Shown piece after piece: positions 1 through 8,923 of a stretch of DNA of 64,000 nucleotides. Each line of letters begins with the position of its first letter. The first letter of the stretch is position 1. Under the pieces are notes generated by a model, which ran no database searches, had not been told where the DNA came from, and saw only the letters and a program-made list of their open reading frames with translations. Made by a program: the position numbers and the translations under genes. This DNA comes from a candidate division WWE3 bacterium (GTDB lineage Bacteria; Patescibacteriota; WWE3; JAUXAW01), in assembly GCA_030619715.1 (NCBI GenBank), contig JAUXAW010000001.1, positions 3,195 through 67,194 on the forward strand. The letters are read 5' to 3'.

Positions 1-950
1 GAAACATCTTTCCACGGAATGATTCGATATTGGTAATTGGGTTTCTCAGAAAAAGCATCCTTTACCGCTGGGAGATGCTCAAACCAACCCCGATACTTTT
101 TGCCAATTAGATTCTCACCTTTAATCTTCGTAACTTCGGTTGCGTTGGGCGCAGTTTTTTTCATGTAATCTTCTGTGGAATAAAAGATGCCCGCCTCGGT
201 TTTAAATCTCACATATTCGAGTTTTGGGTTAACCGCAATTGCGGTATTAGCCGGTAGAGTCCACGGCGTTGTTGTCCAAACTAATAAATACTCATTCTTA
301 GCATCTAGTAATTGATACTCCACCGTAATCGCTGTGTGTGTGATCTCTTGGTACTCCTCACTCAAAATTTCGTGCTGGGAGATAGCCGTTCCGCAACGGG
401 GGCACCAAGGGACCGAATCGCGACCTTTGTAAAGATTTCCATCCCGCCAAACTTTTTTCAAAAAATGCCAAATTGCGTAGTTGTTCTCGTCGCTCATCGT
501 GTAATAGTCGTTCCCCCAATCCATAAAATATCCCAATCTTTTTGATTGTTCCGTCTGAATCTTGGCAAAATGCAAAGTATGTTTTTTACATTCTTCGACA
601 AACTTAGCAATACCATACCTCTCAATATCCTTTTTTGATTTAAAACCCAATTTCTTTTCGACCTCGACCTCAACCCAAAGCCCCTGGTTATCAAAACCGT
701 TTTGAAATCTCTCGCGAAATCCCTGCATACTCTTGTAGCGTTGATATAGATCTTTGAGAGTCCGACCCCAGGCGTGATGAACACCCATTGGGTTGTTAGC
801 GGTGATAGGACCATCGAGGAAGGAAAAGCGCTTCTTTGAGGCCTTGTTCTTTTCAAGATATTTTGGAAGAATCTTATTCTTCTCCCAAAACCGTAAAATC
901 TTTTCTTCAAGTTTGGGAAAATCAACTTTAGAGTCGACGGGCTTGAACAT
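1..950 (-). CDS. ileS: Isoleucine--tRNA ligase (type 2), N-terminal part; runs off the window edge
   Basis: Not in the ORF track. Manual translation from ATG 950: MFKPVDSKVDFPKLEEKILRFW...FLDGPITANNPMGVHHAWGRTLKD...GFDNQGLWVEVEVEK...WCPRCGTAISQHEI...WTTTPWTLPAN. Confidence 0.95.
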   Translation of the reverse strand, partial: MFKPVDSKVDFPKLEEKILRFWEKNKILPKYLEKNKASKKRFSFLDGPITANNPMGVHHAWGRTLKDLYQRYKSMQGFRERFQNGFDNQGLWVEVEVEKKLGFKSKKDIERYGIAKFVEECKKHTLHFAKIQTEQSKRLGYFMDWGNDYYTMSDENNYAIWHFLKKVWRDGNLYKGRDSVPWCPRCGTAISQHEILSEEYQEITHTAITVEYQLLDAKNEYLLVWTTTPWTLPANTAIAVNPKLEYVRFKTEAGIFYSTEDYMKKTAPNATEVTKIKGENLIGKKYRGWFEHLPAVKDAFSEKPNYQYRIIPWKDV

Positions 951-1026
951 TGTGAGGTCAGTATAACAAGAAGAGGCGATCACCGCAAGATTTTTCTTTG
1001 CGTTGACCGCCTGCTCTCTCCAAAAA

Positions 1027-1611
1027 CTATTCTTCCTCCTTCCGCCGGGGCACCTGGTGGCAGTGGCGGCAGCGGGCTTCGTAGGTCTCGTCGGCGCCGA
1101 CCATGATCACCGGATCGTCGTAGTTGGCTGGCTGACCGTTAATCAACCGCTGGCTACGGCTAGCCGGCGCACCACAGACGACGCAGATGGCCTGCAGCTT
1201 GTCCACCTTCTCCGCTATGGCCATCAGCAAGGGCATCGGACCGAAGGGCTCACCGCGAAAGTCCATATCCAGTCCAGCAACGACAACACGCACACCACCG
1301 TCTGCTAGCAGATTGCAAACATCGGCGAGAGTGTGCTCGAAGAAGTGCCCCTCGTCAATGAACACCACCTCGATGTCCGGCCCGACCAACGCTGTTATCT
1401 GCCAAACATCTCCCACTATAACAGCTTTGTGACGCTCTCCCCTATGAGAACCCACACTCTCTGCTGTATAGCGGGTGTCGCGGCTGTGATTGAATACCAT
1501 TACCTGCTGCCGGGCAATCTCGGCTCGCCTGATACGACGGAGTAGCTCCTCCGTCTTGCCGCTGAACATGCTGCCGCAGATGACCTCGATCCAACCTCTC
1601 TTTTGAGACAT
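1027..1611 (-). CDS. tdk: Thymidine kinase
   Basis: GSMFSGKT P-loop, [20 protein letters not shown], Zn-binding CVVC...YEARCRHCH; SD-like GGAGGGAG before ATG 1611. Confidence 0.95.
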   Translation of the reverse strand: MSQKRGWIEVICGSMFSGKTEELLRRIRRAEIARQQVMVFNHSRDTRYTAESVGSHRGERHKAVIVGDVWQITALVGPDIEVVFIDEGHFFEHTLADVCNLLADGGVRVVVAGLDMDFRGEPFGPMPLLMAIAEKVDKLQAICVVCGAPASRSQRLINGQPANYDDPVIMVGADETYEARCRHCHQVPRRKEEE

Positions 1612-1628
1612 ACTCTCCCTCCTCTCCT

Positions 1629-2051
1629 TCAACGATGGTAGCCAAGTCTTCGAACAGCATCAAGGAAAGCACTCTCCTCAGGTCCAATCGGCGACTCGCC
1701 TTCGAGAAGAGCTAGAATCCTTTCAGGAGAAGGGCCCCGCGCTTCAGTTAGGAGCAGTTCGTCTCCGAACTTCTGCCCAAGGGGTCCCTCCCTGAAAGCC
1801 CGCTCCAAAAGAACCAGAGCATCGCTCTCCTTGAGTCCGATCGGAGACCCTCTCGCCAGCAATTCCAGCAATTCTCCGAGGGTAAAACGGGTCGTCTCTC
1901 TCTGAAGCTTTCTGATATGACGCGCTGCCTGACCTGCTGAAGCAAACCCACCCTCAACAAGCTTCAGATTTTTTGTTTCCTCAAAAGTCTCCCTGAGCAT
2001 TACAAAACCATCCTCCGAACCCGTGGCTGACACCGCTATAACCCACTCCAT
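1629..2051 (-). CDS. Hypothetical protein
   Basis: ORF with strong SD (AGGAGGGGAG) before ATG 2051, directly upstream of tdk; internal SPIG repeat; no family recognised. Confidence 0.6.
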   Translation of the reverse strand: MEWVIAVSATGSEDGFVMLRETFEETKNLKLVEGGFASAGQAARHIRKLQRETTRFTLGELLELLARGSPIGLKESDALVLLERAFREGPLGQKFGDELLLTEARGPSPERILALLEGESPIGPEESAFLDAVRRLGYHR

Positions 2052-2336
2052 CCTAACTCCCCTCCTTTCTTTCTTTGTTAAATTTTGATGGTGCTGCGAA
2101 TAAAACAAAAGCCCCTTGCGGGGCAGTTTGAGACAAACCTAGTCAACCATAATTTCTAAATTCTGTAAAGACCTAATTTTGACAACTTGACAAATCTGTT
2201 ACACTTTGGTAGTTTTTAATACAGGTTAAAGAGGATCAGCAGATTCACAACACCACAAAACACGGGAAGGAGGCAGACCAGGTCTTTTGTGTTACACCTG
2301 GGTTAGGCACAGAATCGAAGAAAGGAGGTAACCCAC

Positions 2337-2543
2337 ATGTCACGCCGAAGGGCACTAGGGCTTCTATTGCTCATCGTTATACTCTTGGCAGGAGGCTGCG
2401 CACCGCCACTGCCCGGCACACAGGGAAGATGTGAAGCCGATTGCCAAGATTTAGGCCACGAGTTCTGGGAATTCGAGCGGGGCCTTGCTGGGAGCGACTG
2501 CTGGTGCAAACCAGCAAACAAGGACCCCATCCAGGTGTGGTAG
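2337..2543 (+). CDS. Small Cys-rich lipoprotein
   Basis: SD AGGAGGT; basic N-terminus, hydrophobic stretch, lipobox-like LAGGC; CxxxC and CWC. Confidence 0.6.
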   Translation: MSRRRALGLLLLIVILLAGGCAPPLPGTQGRCEADCQDLGHEFWEFERGLAGSDCWCKPANKDPIQVW

Positions 2544-2609
2544 CCCCAAAATGGCACCATCTCAATTCAAACCGTCCAGCAGTAGCTGGACCAAAACACT
2601 CCGAAGGAG

Positions 2610-2882
2610 GTGAGAGAAATGGCGGAACCTGTAGGTGCCAAAGTCGTCACTGAAGATGGCAGGGTCTACACCGGAAACATCGTCGAACCCGCGTCTCCAG
2701 GGCTGCTTACACTAGAAAGGTGTGCTCTGGTAATACCGGGTGGTGGATGGTGTTCCGAAGGAAAACGGTCCATCCCGATCCACAATGTCCGCCACGTGGA
2801 TCATGGAGAGTTCACATGGGGAATGGGCGCTAAGAGCTGGTTTAAGGATGGGAAGCCCATCATCGATCCCATCCTTACATAA
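2610..2882 (+). CDS. Small protein, possible Sm/LSm-like fold
   Basis: SD AGGAGGTG; VVTEDGRVYTGNI...LLTLERC...IPIHNVRHV resembles Sm1/Sm2. Confidence 0.5.
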   Translation: MREMAEPVGAKVVTEDGRVYTGNIVEPASPGLLTLERCALVIPGGGWCSEGKRSIPIHNVRHVDHGEFTWGMGAKSWFKDGKPIIDPILT

Positions 2883-2891
2883 CCAGCCAAA

Positions 2892-2935
2892 AGCCGCAGA
2901 GTGGTAACACCGAAGTTGCTCTGCGGCTACTTTCT
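2892..2935. terminator. Hairpin terminator between convergent genes
   Basis: AGCCGCAGAG (2892-2901) / CTCTGCGGCT (2919-2928) followed by a T-rich tract. Confidence 0.7.
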
Positions 2936-2943
2936 TTCAAAAC

Positions 2944-3522
2944 CTACTGACCCCACTTTAACGATCGCCCTTCATCAAGAAGCATCAGAAGCATGATTCC
3001 GTAGTTGGCTAAATCCAGAGCCGTGTCCGGCAGTTTCTCGTCGGCAACTTTTCTTTTGTAACTTTTTTTGGAAAGCTGGGTGAGACGAAAGTATTTGTCC
3101 CCGATCCGGACTCCCAGTCCGGGAATCCCCCAAAAGCGAAAGGCATTCCCGTAATCGGCATTTTTACGCCGGAAAAGACTGGTCATTTCTCTGACCAGCT
3201 TCTTAAAAGCTTTTGGTTCGGAAAGACCCAGAAGACTGGGCCTAAAGAAGTTAAGATGAAAGTTGGTAGCATTGATAACTAAGGATTCTGTCGTGCTCTG
3301 AATCCGCTTGCGTAACTTCTGATCCTGTGGTCTCTTTTGCGCCTGGATAAGAAGTTCGACCAGCTCAAAATAGTCTTTCCTCAAATTAGCAGGAGGGTCG
3401 GTAGGATCGTAACTCAAAAGCTGATCCTGACTTAGTGACAAAATCCGTTTCGCCGCAACGGCAAAGTGAGCGGCATTCTCCTTATTGGAAGCCCTCATTA
3501 GTTTTTTTAAATCTTTCATCAT
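2944..3522 (-). CDS. DUF1599/Nmad-like all-alpha nucleotide-modification-associated protein with helical N-terminal extension
   Basis: C-terminal RKNADYGNAF...VRIGDKYFRL...DEKLPDTALDLANYGIM matches the KNxDYG / DKxxR / DTxxDLxNY pattern. Confidence 0.75.
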   Translation of the reverse strand: MMKDLKKLMRASNKENAAHFAVAAKRILSLSQDQLLSYDPTDPPANLRKDYFELVELLIQAQKRPQDQKLRKRIQSTTESLVINATNFHLNFFRPSLLGLSEPKAFKKLVREMTSLFRRKNADYGNAFRFWGIPGLGVRIGDKYFRLTQLSKKSYKRKVADEKLPDTALDLANYGIMLLMLLDEGRSLKWGQ

Positions 3523-3527
3523 TATGT

Positions 3528-3635
3528 TTATCTTAGTCTAACGGTAGCTACTGTAATTTTTTGGGGATCAAAGGGGACAACCCGACCGTCTCTTTTTCTA
3601 ATTTTTTCTGGGGTTTGGACAGGAGTTTTGGACAC
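3528..3635 (-). pseudogene. Truncated ATP-cone N-terminus (ribonucleotide reductase/NrdR-type), 35 codons
   Basis: GTG 3635: VSKTPVQTPEKIRKRDGRVVPFDPQKITVATVRLR*; IxKRDGxxxxFDxxKI is the ATP-cone signature, then it stops. Confidence 0.75.
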
Positions 3636-3690
3636 AGAAAACAACCCCGGGGGCAGCGAGGAGTGAGGAAATTCTTTCAACAATGTAAAG

Positions 3691-3718
3691 AGTATACTAT
3701 GTGTCTCCTCAATGTCAA
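3691..3718 (-). promoter_or_regulatory. Sigma70-type promoter for the ATP-cone stub and DUF1599 gene
   Basis: TTGACA-16nt-TATACT on the minus strand. Confidence 0.55.
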
Positions 3719-3754
3719 GCTCCAAAGTAGAGAGGTGCAGAGAAAAATCTGTAA

Positions 3755-4810
3755 CTAAGCGGGAAGAAGGGTCTGACCAGTCCGGAGGGCTCGGGCAACC
3801 TTGTTGGGTATAGTTAGATCTAACTCCCAAAAATTTTGCTGGCGGGTGATCGGTTGGACCGGACCCGAACCACTCTGGCCACTCAGCCATGGCAAAAGAA
3901 TTTTTTCCGCGACCCATTTACTCGCCGCCGGGGCCACTGACTTTGAAATTAAGACCTGCGCCTCGAGAGGCCTTGGCCGAACCGACAAAATATTCAGAAT
4001 CTTGTCAAGCGGATAGGTCATTAGCGCGGCGTGTTCCAAAAGGTCAAACCAGCGATTCTCCTCCTGCCAAACCATCAGCCGTCGAGAAAGTACCGAACCG
4101 GTGTACCAATCTTTCTGGCTGATTATTTTTGGCACCACCGAACGAAACTTCATCTCCAAATCCCGTTTCTCCGCCCAGGCCACCGGATTAACCGCTTCTT
4201 TGGAAAAAACAGGATGCCCGAAGTCATAGCCTTCTGTTTCAGACTTCAACCAATCACCAACTTTATAATCGGAGGGCCAAACGGTCTCCGGGACAGAGGG
4301 GGGTTTCCTGGTCATACTGGTATGGATGATGTGAACACGTGGCCTTCTTTGAGGAATACCGATGTAACGTAAATCCAACCGTACAAGTAAGGTTGTCACG
4401 TTGTCCCAGACATCATAAAGTTGATTGTGAAAATTTGTCAAAAGCTTTCGTCCTAATGTCCAAGATAGAGGGCCTGTTTCCCACCAGATAACTTGGGCGC
4501 GAGAAGCTCCTGCTACTTTAACAAGATCAAGGATTTCCGGAAAAGTTTCTGGATCCTCGTGGGACTTCTTATCAAAGAAACTTAAACTTAAGTGGCTGAA
4601 CCTAGAACAAGGCGGGTTCCCTACAACAATATCTGCTTTAGGAAGACTGTCCGGCATCTGGGAAACTTCTTTGCTCGGCAAACCCAAGGACTGTGCCCCG
4701 CGCAATCCGGGTTTCCAAACTTCCTCACTTTCGAGAACCAGCAAACCCGCCTGTTGGAGACCTAGTAAAAATCCTCCTAAATAACAATGAGTTCCAATAA
4801 CTTTAAGCAT
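3755..4810 (-). CDS. Divergent C5-cytosine methyltransferase-like protein
   Basis: Motif I variant HCYLGGF, motif IV GNPPCSRFS, motif VI variant WWETG, motif VIII PQRRPR, motif X-like ISKSVAP. Confidence 0.8.
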   Translation of the reverse strand: MLKVIGTHCYLGGFLLGLQQAGLLVLESEEVWKPGLRGAQSLGLPSKEVSQMPDSLPKADIVVGNPPCSRFSHLSLSFFDKKSHEDPETFPEILDLVKVAGASRAQVIWWETGPLSWTLGRKLLTNFHNQLYDVWDNVTTLLVRLDLRYIGIPQRRPRVHIIHTSMTRKPPSVPETVWPSDYKVGDWLKSETEGYDFGHPVFSKEAVNPVAWAEKRDLEMKFRSVVPKIISQKDWYTGSVLSRRLMVWQEENRWFDLLEHAALMTYPLDKILNILSVRPRPLEAQVLISKSVAPAASKWVAEKILLPWLSGQSGSGPVQPITRQQNFWELDLTIPNKVARALRTGQTLLPA

Positions 4811-4816
4811 AAGAGT

Positions 4817-5734
4817 TTAAAGAGCCGCATCAATCTTTTTGAGAATAAACTTGAAATCGGAAGGTTTGTGAACGAAGTCGAGCTCATCAACAGGGATAGT
4901 GACTGTAGAACAAAGGTCAAAACTCCCTACCCACTGATCATGTTTTTGGTTGAGGTGCTCCAAATATTCGGCGGTAATATTCTTTTCGTAAACTCTGCCT
5001 CGTTCTTTGATTCTCTTCAAAAGCTCGGGGACGGGCATCTTGAGATAAATAACAAGGTCAGGGACTTGAATGAGGTTTTTAACTGAGGAATAAAGACTTT
5101 GTAGGGTTCGATAATCTAACCCGTCTAGAATGCCTTGCTCGTATAAACTGGTGGCAAAGATAGAGAACTGCTCATGGACGCTGCGGTCCTGAAAAACGGG
5201 GATGATGCTTTTGTCAATTTCCGAATGGATTCTAAAACTTTCGGCGATGAAGTAAAGCTGGCTATGCAGCGCCCATCTCCCCATATCCTGGTAGTAACGC
5301 GGAAGGTAGGGGTTCCCAAGATCATCTATCAAGAAAAACTTACCGTTGTAATACTTAGCTAGCTTTTTAACCAAAACTGTTTTCCCCGCACCAATATTTC
5401 CCGTAACCACTACGTGGAAGAAGCCCTCCCGGGCCCGGACGGCTCCTTTGGTAATTGTCTTTTTAATCTCGGCCAGTTCCCTCTCAACCGCCGTCAGTTT
5501 TGAAGGCAGCGTATAATCTTTTTCCATGTTCTCGGGAAGGAAAAAGGAGAGAGGTTTATTTAGGACTTTGGCAATCTTCTCCAGCGATTCCAGCGAAAGG
5601 CGAAACTGGCCGCTTTCTAACTGGCTAATAGTTGGACCAGCGTAGTTTGTTTTTTCTCCCAAAATTTCCTGGGAAATTCCTAACTCTTCGCGAGCCTTTC
5701 TAACTTGTTTTCCGACGAATTTTTTAATATTCAT
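4817..5734 (-). CDS. XRE-family HTH fused to a deoxynucleoside-kinase domain
   Basis: N-terminal VRKAREELGISQEILG...ISQLESG HTH; GNIGAGKT, NPYL, QDRS, PDLVIYL, RIKERGR lid. Confidence 0.9.
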   Translation of the reverse strand: MNIKKFVGKQVRKAREELGISQEILGEKTNYAGPTISQLESGQFRLSLESLEKIAKVLNKPLSFFLPENMEKDYTLPSKLTAVERELAEIKKTITKGAVRAREGFFHVVVTGNIGAGKTVLVKKLAKYYNGKFFLIDDLGNPYLPRYYQDMGRWALHSQLYFIAESFRIHSEIDKSIIPVFQDRSVHEQFSIFATSLYEQGILDGLDYRTLQSLYSSVKNLIQVPDLVIYLKMPVPELLKRIKERGRVYEKNITAEYLEHLNQKHDQWVGSFDLCSTVTIPVDELDFVHKPSDFKFILKKIDAAL

Positions 5735-5791
5735 AAAACAACTCCTTTGATAAGTCTTGATATTTGTAAGATCAGAGTTAGATTGCAGCTA

Positions 5792-5820
5792 AGTATAGCA
5801 ATCCTATCTGTGAAGGTCAA
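5792..5820 (-). promoter_or_regulatory. Sigma70 promoter of the XRE-dNK/MTase operon
   Basis: TTGACC-17nt-TATACT with TGn extension; SD AAAGGAG before ATG 5734. Confidence 0.7.
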
Positions 5821-6010
5821 GGGTTAGACAAAATGGGGGGAGGTTAGAAGTTGATTATGTTAAATTTCACCCAAAGCTTTATGAATATATCTTCTGACTT
5901 GAGGTAATCTTGTTGTTTCAAGTCGTCTTTAGCAGAAGGTAGGTTTCGGTAGCGTGTTCGATCAAAACATGACTTTGGGCATAAAAAATCTTCCGGGGGC
6001 AGCGGAGAAT

Positions 6011-6099
6011 ATCAGTAACTCAATAATTCAGTAACATCAGTAAAGACAAGAAGAACCTGCTATTGATTTACTGTCTTTACTGTCTTCACTGGCTTTACT
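6011..6099. repeat. Inverted 9-mer tandem repeats (CAGTAAAGA/TTTACTGTC) at the ftsZ 3' end; possible terminator
   Basis: CAGTAA x3 at 6013-6047 facing TTTACTGTC-like x3-4 at 6067-6099; same unit at 9672-9703. Confidence 0.7.
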
Positions 6100-7153
6100 T
6101 CTTCCGAAGGAAGGTTGGGATTTCGTACTTCTCTTCTTCCTCTTTCATCTTCCCCCGAAATTCTTCCCTAAATCCTTCAACCCTTTCCTCAGACGGGGGT
6201 CGGCCTTCGAAGCCGGTGGCGATGACCGTAATTTTCAGTTGGTCGACCATCGAGTCGTCGATCGTCGCCCCGAAGATAATGTTAGCATCGGGGTCGGCCG
6301 CCTGGGCAATAATCTTTGCCGCCTGGTCCACCTCGTGCATCGTCAAATCCGGGCCGCCGATGATATTAAAAAGTATACCTTTGGCTCCTTCGATATCAAG
6401 CTCCAAAAGGGGCGAGGAAATGGCCGCTTTCGCGGCTTCTTCGGCGCGACGCTCACCGGAACTGCGGCCAATCCCCATCAGGGCCGAACCGGCGTCGGTC
6501 ATAATCGTCCGCACATCGGCAAAGTCCACATTAATCAACCCCGGCATCACAATTAAATCGGAAACTCCCTGAACGCCCTGTCCCAGAACGCCGTCGGCAA
6601 CCTTAAAGGCGTCCAGAATTGACATTTTCTTATCCACAATTTCCAAAAGCTTCTGGTTGGGGATAGTAATTAGGGCGTCAACCTTATCCCTCAAATTAAC
6701 AACCCCTTCCTCGGCCTGTTGCATCCTCTTGCGTCCTTCAAACTCAAAGGGCTTGGTCACCACTCCGATCGTCAATGCTCCCAAACTCTTGGAAATTCCG
6801 GCGATGATTGGCGAGGCGCCGGTCCCCGTTCCCCCACCCAAACCGGCGGTCAAAAAGACCATGTCCGACCCCTCCAAAATCGCCTGTATTCTCTCGGTCG
6901 ATTCCTCCGCCGCCTTGCGGCCAATCTCGGGATTGGCCCCCGAACCCAAACCACCAGTCAGCTGCTCGCCGATCTGAATCTTGACCGGGGCGTTGTTGAT
7001 CGAAAGCGCCTGGGCGTCGGTGTTGACCGCCACAAACTCCACTCCTTGAATCTGCTGGAGGTCAATCATGGAGTTGAGGGCGTTACCACCCCCACCCCCA
7101 ATGCCGAGGACTTTGATGTTTGCAAATTTTTCAACTTCCGGTTTGATTAACAT
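6095..7153 (-). CDS. ftsZ: Cell division GTPase FtsZ
   Basis: [24 protein letters not shown] tubulin signature, C-terminal EIPTFLRK; probable start 7153. Confidence 0.98.
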   Translation of the reverse strand: MLIKPEVEKFANIKVLGIGGGGGNALNSMIDLQQIQGVEFVAVNTDAQALSINNAPVKIQIGEQLTGGLGSGANPEIGRKAAEESTERIQAILEGSDMVFLTAGLGGGTGTGASPIIAGISKSLGALTIGVVTKPFEFEGRKRMQQAEEGVVNLRDKVDALITIPNQKLLEIVDKKMSILDAFKVADGVLGQGVQGVSDLIVMPGLINVDFADVRTIMTDAGSALMGIGRSSGERRAEEAAKAAISSPLLELDIEGAKGILFNIIGGPDLTMHEVDQAAKIIAQAADPDANIIFGATIDDSMVDQLKITVIATGFEGRPPSEERVEGFREEFRGKMKEEEEKYEIPTFLRKK

Positions 7154-7201
7154 AATATGATGAAAAGGGATTCGGGGCAGAATCAAAAAGGATTAATCCT
7201 T

Positions 7202-7642
7202 CTAAATCCTCTTTGTATCCCTCTTAATTCTATTCCTGAAGGTAAACACTTGTAACGGTCTGCTCCCAAAATTTACCAGAAAACCTATACTTAATCCAGA
7301 CGCTCTTAGATAAGAAACCGTTTGTGATCTAAACTGTGAGTGCGAAGTTTCCACCGCCTTAACCTCAACAACAATCTTTCCATCAACTACCAAGTCAATT
7401 CGATGATCCCCAACCTTCCCTCCTTTAAAATGAACCGGCACATGTACTTCCTCTCGAAAGCGAATCCGATGTTCCTTGAGGCACTTTTTAATCGCTTCAA
7501 CATAAACCGACTCTTTAAAGCCGGGACCTAGCTCGTTATAAACCTCAAAGAAAATCCCCCTTAACTTATAGGTGAGCTCCGGATACAACAACTCCTTTTC
7601 ATTGCTGATCCCTCTTGATCCTTCGTCATCCTTCTTAATCAT
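7202..7642 (-). CDS. GxxExxY protein (PD-(D/E)xK nuclease-like)
   Basis: ELGPGFKESVY, RIDLVVDGKIVVEVKA, Q...YL...GFLVNFG. Confidence 0.9.
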   Translation of the reverse strand: MIKKDDEGSRGISNEKELLYPELTYKLRGIFFEVYNELGPGFKESVYVEAIKKCLKEHRIRFREEVHVPVHFKGGKVGDHRIDLVVDGKIVVEVKAVETSHSQFRSQTVSYLRASGLSIGFLVNFGSRPLQVFTFRNRIKRDTKRI

Positions 7643-7644
7643 AT

Positions 7645-8880
7645 TCAGGGCAGATAGGATTTAATCCAGTTGACCATTCTTCCCAAAAGCTCAAACACAC
7701 GTCCCCGAGCGGCGCCTAAACTGATGCGGCGTTCGGGCTGCAATCTCGAACCGTACAAAAGAAGGCCAATCGAGGCAGCAAAAGCCGGGCCATTAACCTC
7801 TTCAATCAGACCCGAAGCCCCGCGAGGTTGGCCAATCCGCACCGGCATCTTCAAAACCTGTTTGGCGGCCTCGGCAATCCCCGCCGTCTCCGCCGCTCCC
7901 CCGCAGATAATAATTCCCGCCGGTAGCTTCCCGGCAAAACCAGACTTCTTGACCTCCAATGCCACCAGCGAGAAAATCTCCTGCAGTCGTGCTTTGATAA
8001 TTTCGTTGAGCGTTTTTTTTGACAACGTTTTCGTCTCCAGTCCCAAATCAGAAATGTCAAGCTGATTCTCTTCTTTCTGGTTGCCTAGCGCCGCCACCTG
8101 CAGTTTTTCCTTGATCTTCCCCGCATCCTCCAAACTGGTGCGCAAGCCGATGGCCAAATCGTTGGTGAGATTCTGACCGCCGATCGGTAGAACCGTGGCG
8201 TAGGCCGGACTGCTGTCCTCAAAAACCAAAATGTCCGTCGTTCCCCCGCCGATATCGACCAAAACCGCGCCCAACTCCTTTTCCGTGTCCGTCAAAACCG
8301 CTTCGGCCGCCGCCACCCCCCCAAAAACCAGATCCTCCACGTCTACCCCGACCTGCTGGACGCACTTGACCAAGTTCCTCATCACCGTCGTGGCTCCGGA
8401 GATAATGTTCGTTTCTACCTCGAGGCGAATCCCACTCATCCCCACCGGGTCGCGCACTCCATCCTGCGAATCAACAATAAAACCGCGGGGGATGACGTGA
8501 ATGATCTCCCGCGACGAGGGAATCGAAATCGCCTGCGCCGCCTCGGTCACCCGAGCCACATCCGACGGCGAAATCTCACCTTCCTGATGGGCGACGGCGA
8601 CGACTCCGTGGGAGTTAAGCGAGGAGATATGCGTTCCGTCAACCAAACAGTAGGCCGAGGAAACGGCGTAACCAGCCATCCGCTCGGCGCTCTCGAGGGA
8701 CGCGGCAATCGCCTCGACCGCCTCGTCGATGTCAACCACCACTCCTTTCTTGATCCCTTTTGAAGGTACGGTTGAAACCCCAATGACCGAAATCTTCCCC
8801 TCGGGGGACAGAGTAGCAATGATCGTTGTTATCTTCGCGGAACCAATATCAAGTCCAGCAATTATCCTATCTTTGGCCAT
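7645..8880 (-). CDS. ftsA: Cell division protein FtsA
   Basis: AGLDIGSAKI, LVDIGGGTTD, GGAA; lies upstream of ftsZ. Confidence 0.97.
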   Translation of the reverse strand: MAKDRIIAGLDIGSAKITTIIATLSPEGKISVIGVSTVPSKGIKKGVVVDIDEAVEAIAASLESAERMAGYAVSSAYCLVDGTHISSLNSHGVVAVAHQEGEISPSDVARVTEAAQAISIPSSREIIHVIPRGFIVDSQDGVRDPVGMSGIRLEVETNIISGATTVMRNLVKCVQQVGVDVEDLVFGGVAAAEAVLTDTEKELGAVLVDIGGGTTDILVFEDSSPAYATVLPIGGQNLTNDLAIGLRTSLEDAGKIKEKLQVAALGNQKEENQLDISDLGLETKTLSKKTLNEIIKARLQEIFSLVALEVKKSGFAGKLPAGIIICGGAAETAGIAEAAKQVLKMPVRIGQPRGASGLIEEVNGPAFAASIGLLLYGSRLQPERRISLGAARGRVFELLGRMVNWIKSYLP

Positions 8881-8923
8881 TAGGGAGCTCCAATTTTAAT
8901 TTTACATCAAAGTAGGCTTAGGG

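Noticed and set aside
494-925. 143-aa minus-strand ORF in the track
   Set aside because: Off-frame shadow of ileS, whose true frame starts at 950 and runs off the window.
3528-3917. 129-aa ORF as a real gene
   Set aside because: Overlaps the MTase 3' end and a promoter; only the last 35 codons (ATP-cone stub) look meaningful.
3755-5734. Ordinary type II R-M system with a C-protein
   Set aside because: No endonuclease-like ORF is adjacent, and the HTH is fused to a nucleoside kinase.
1027-5734. Prophage
   Set aside because: The nucleotide genes are phage-like, but there are no integrase, terminase or structural genes.
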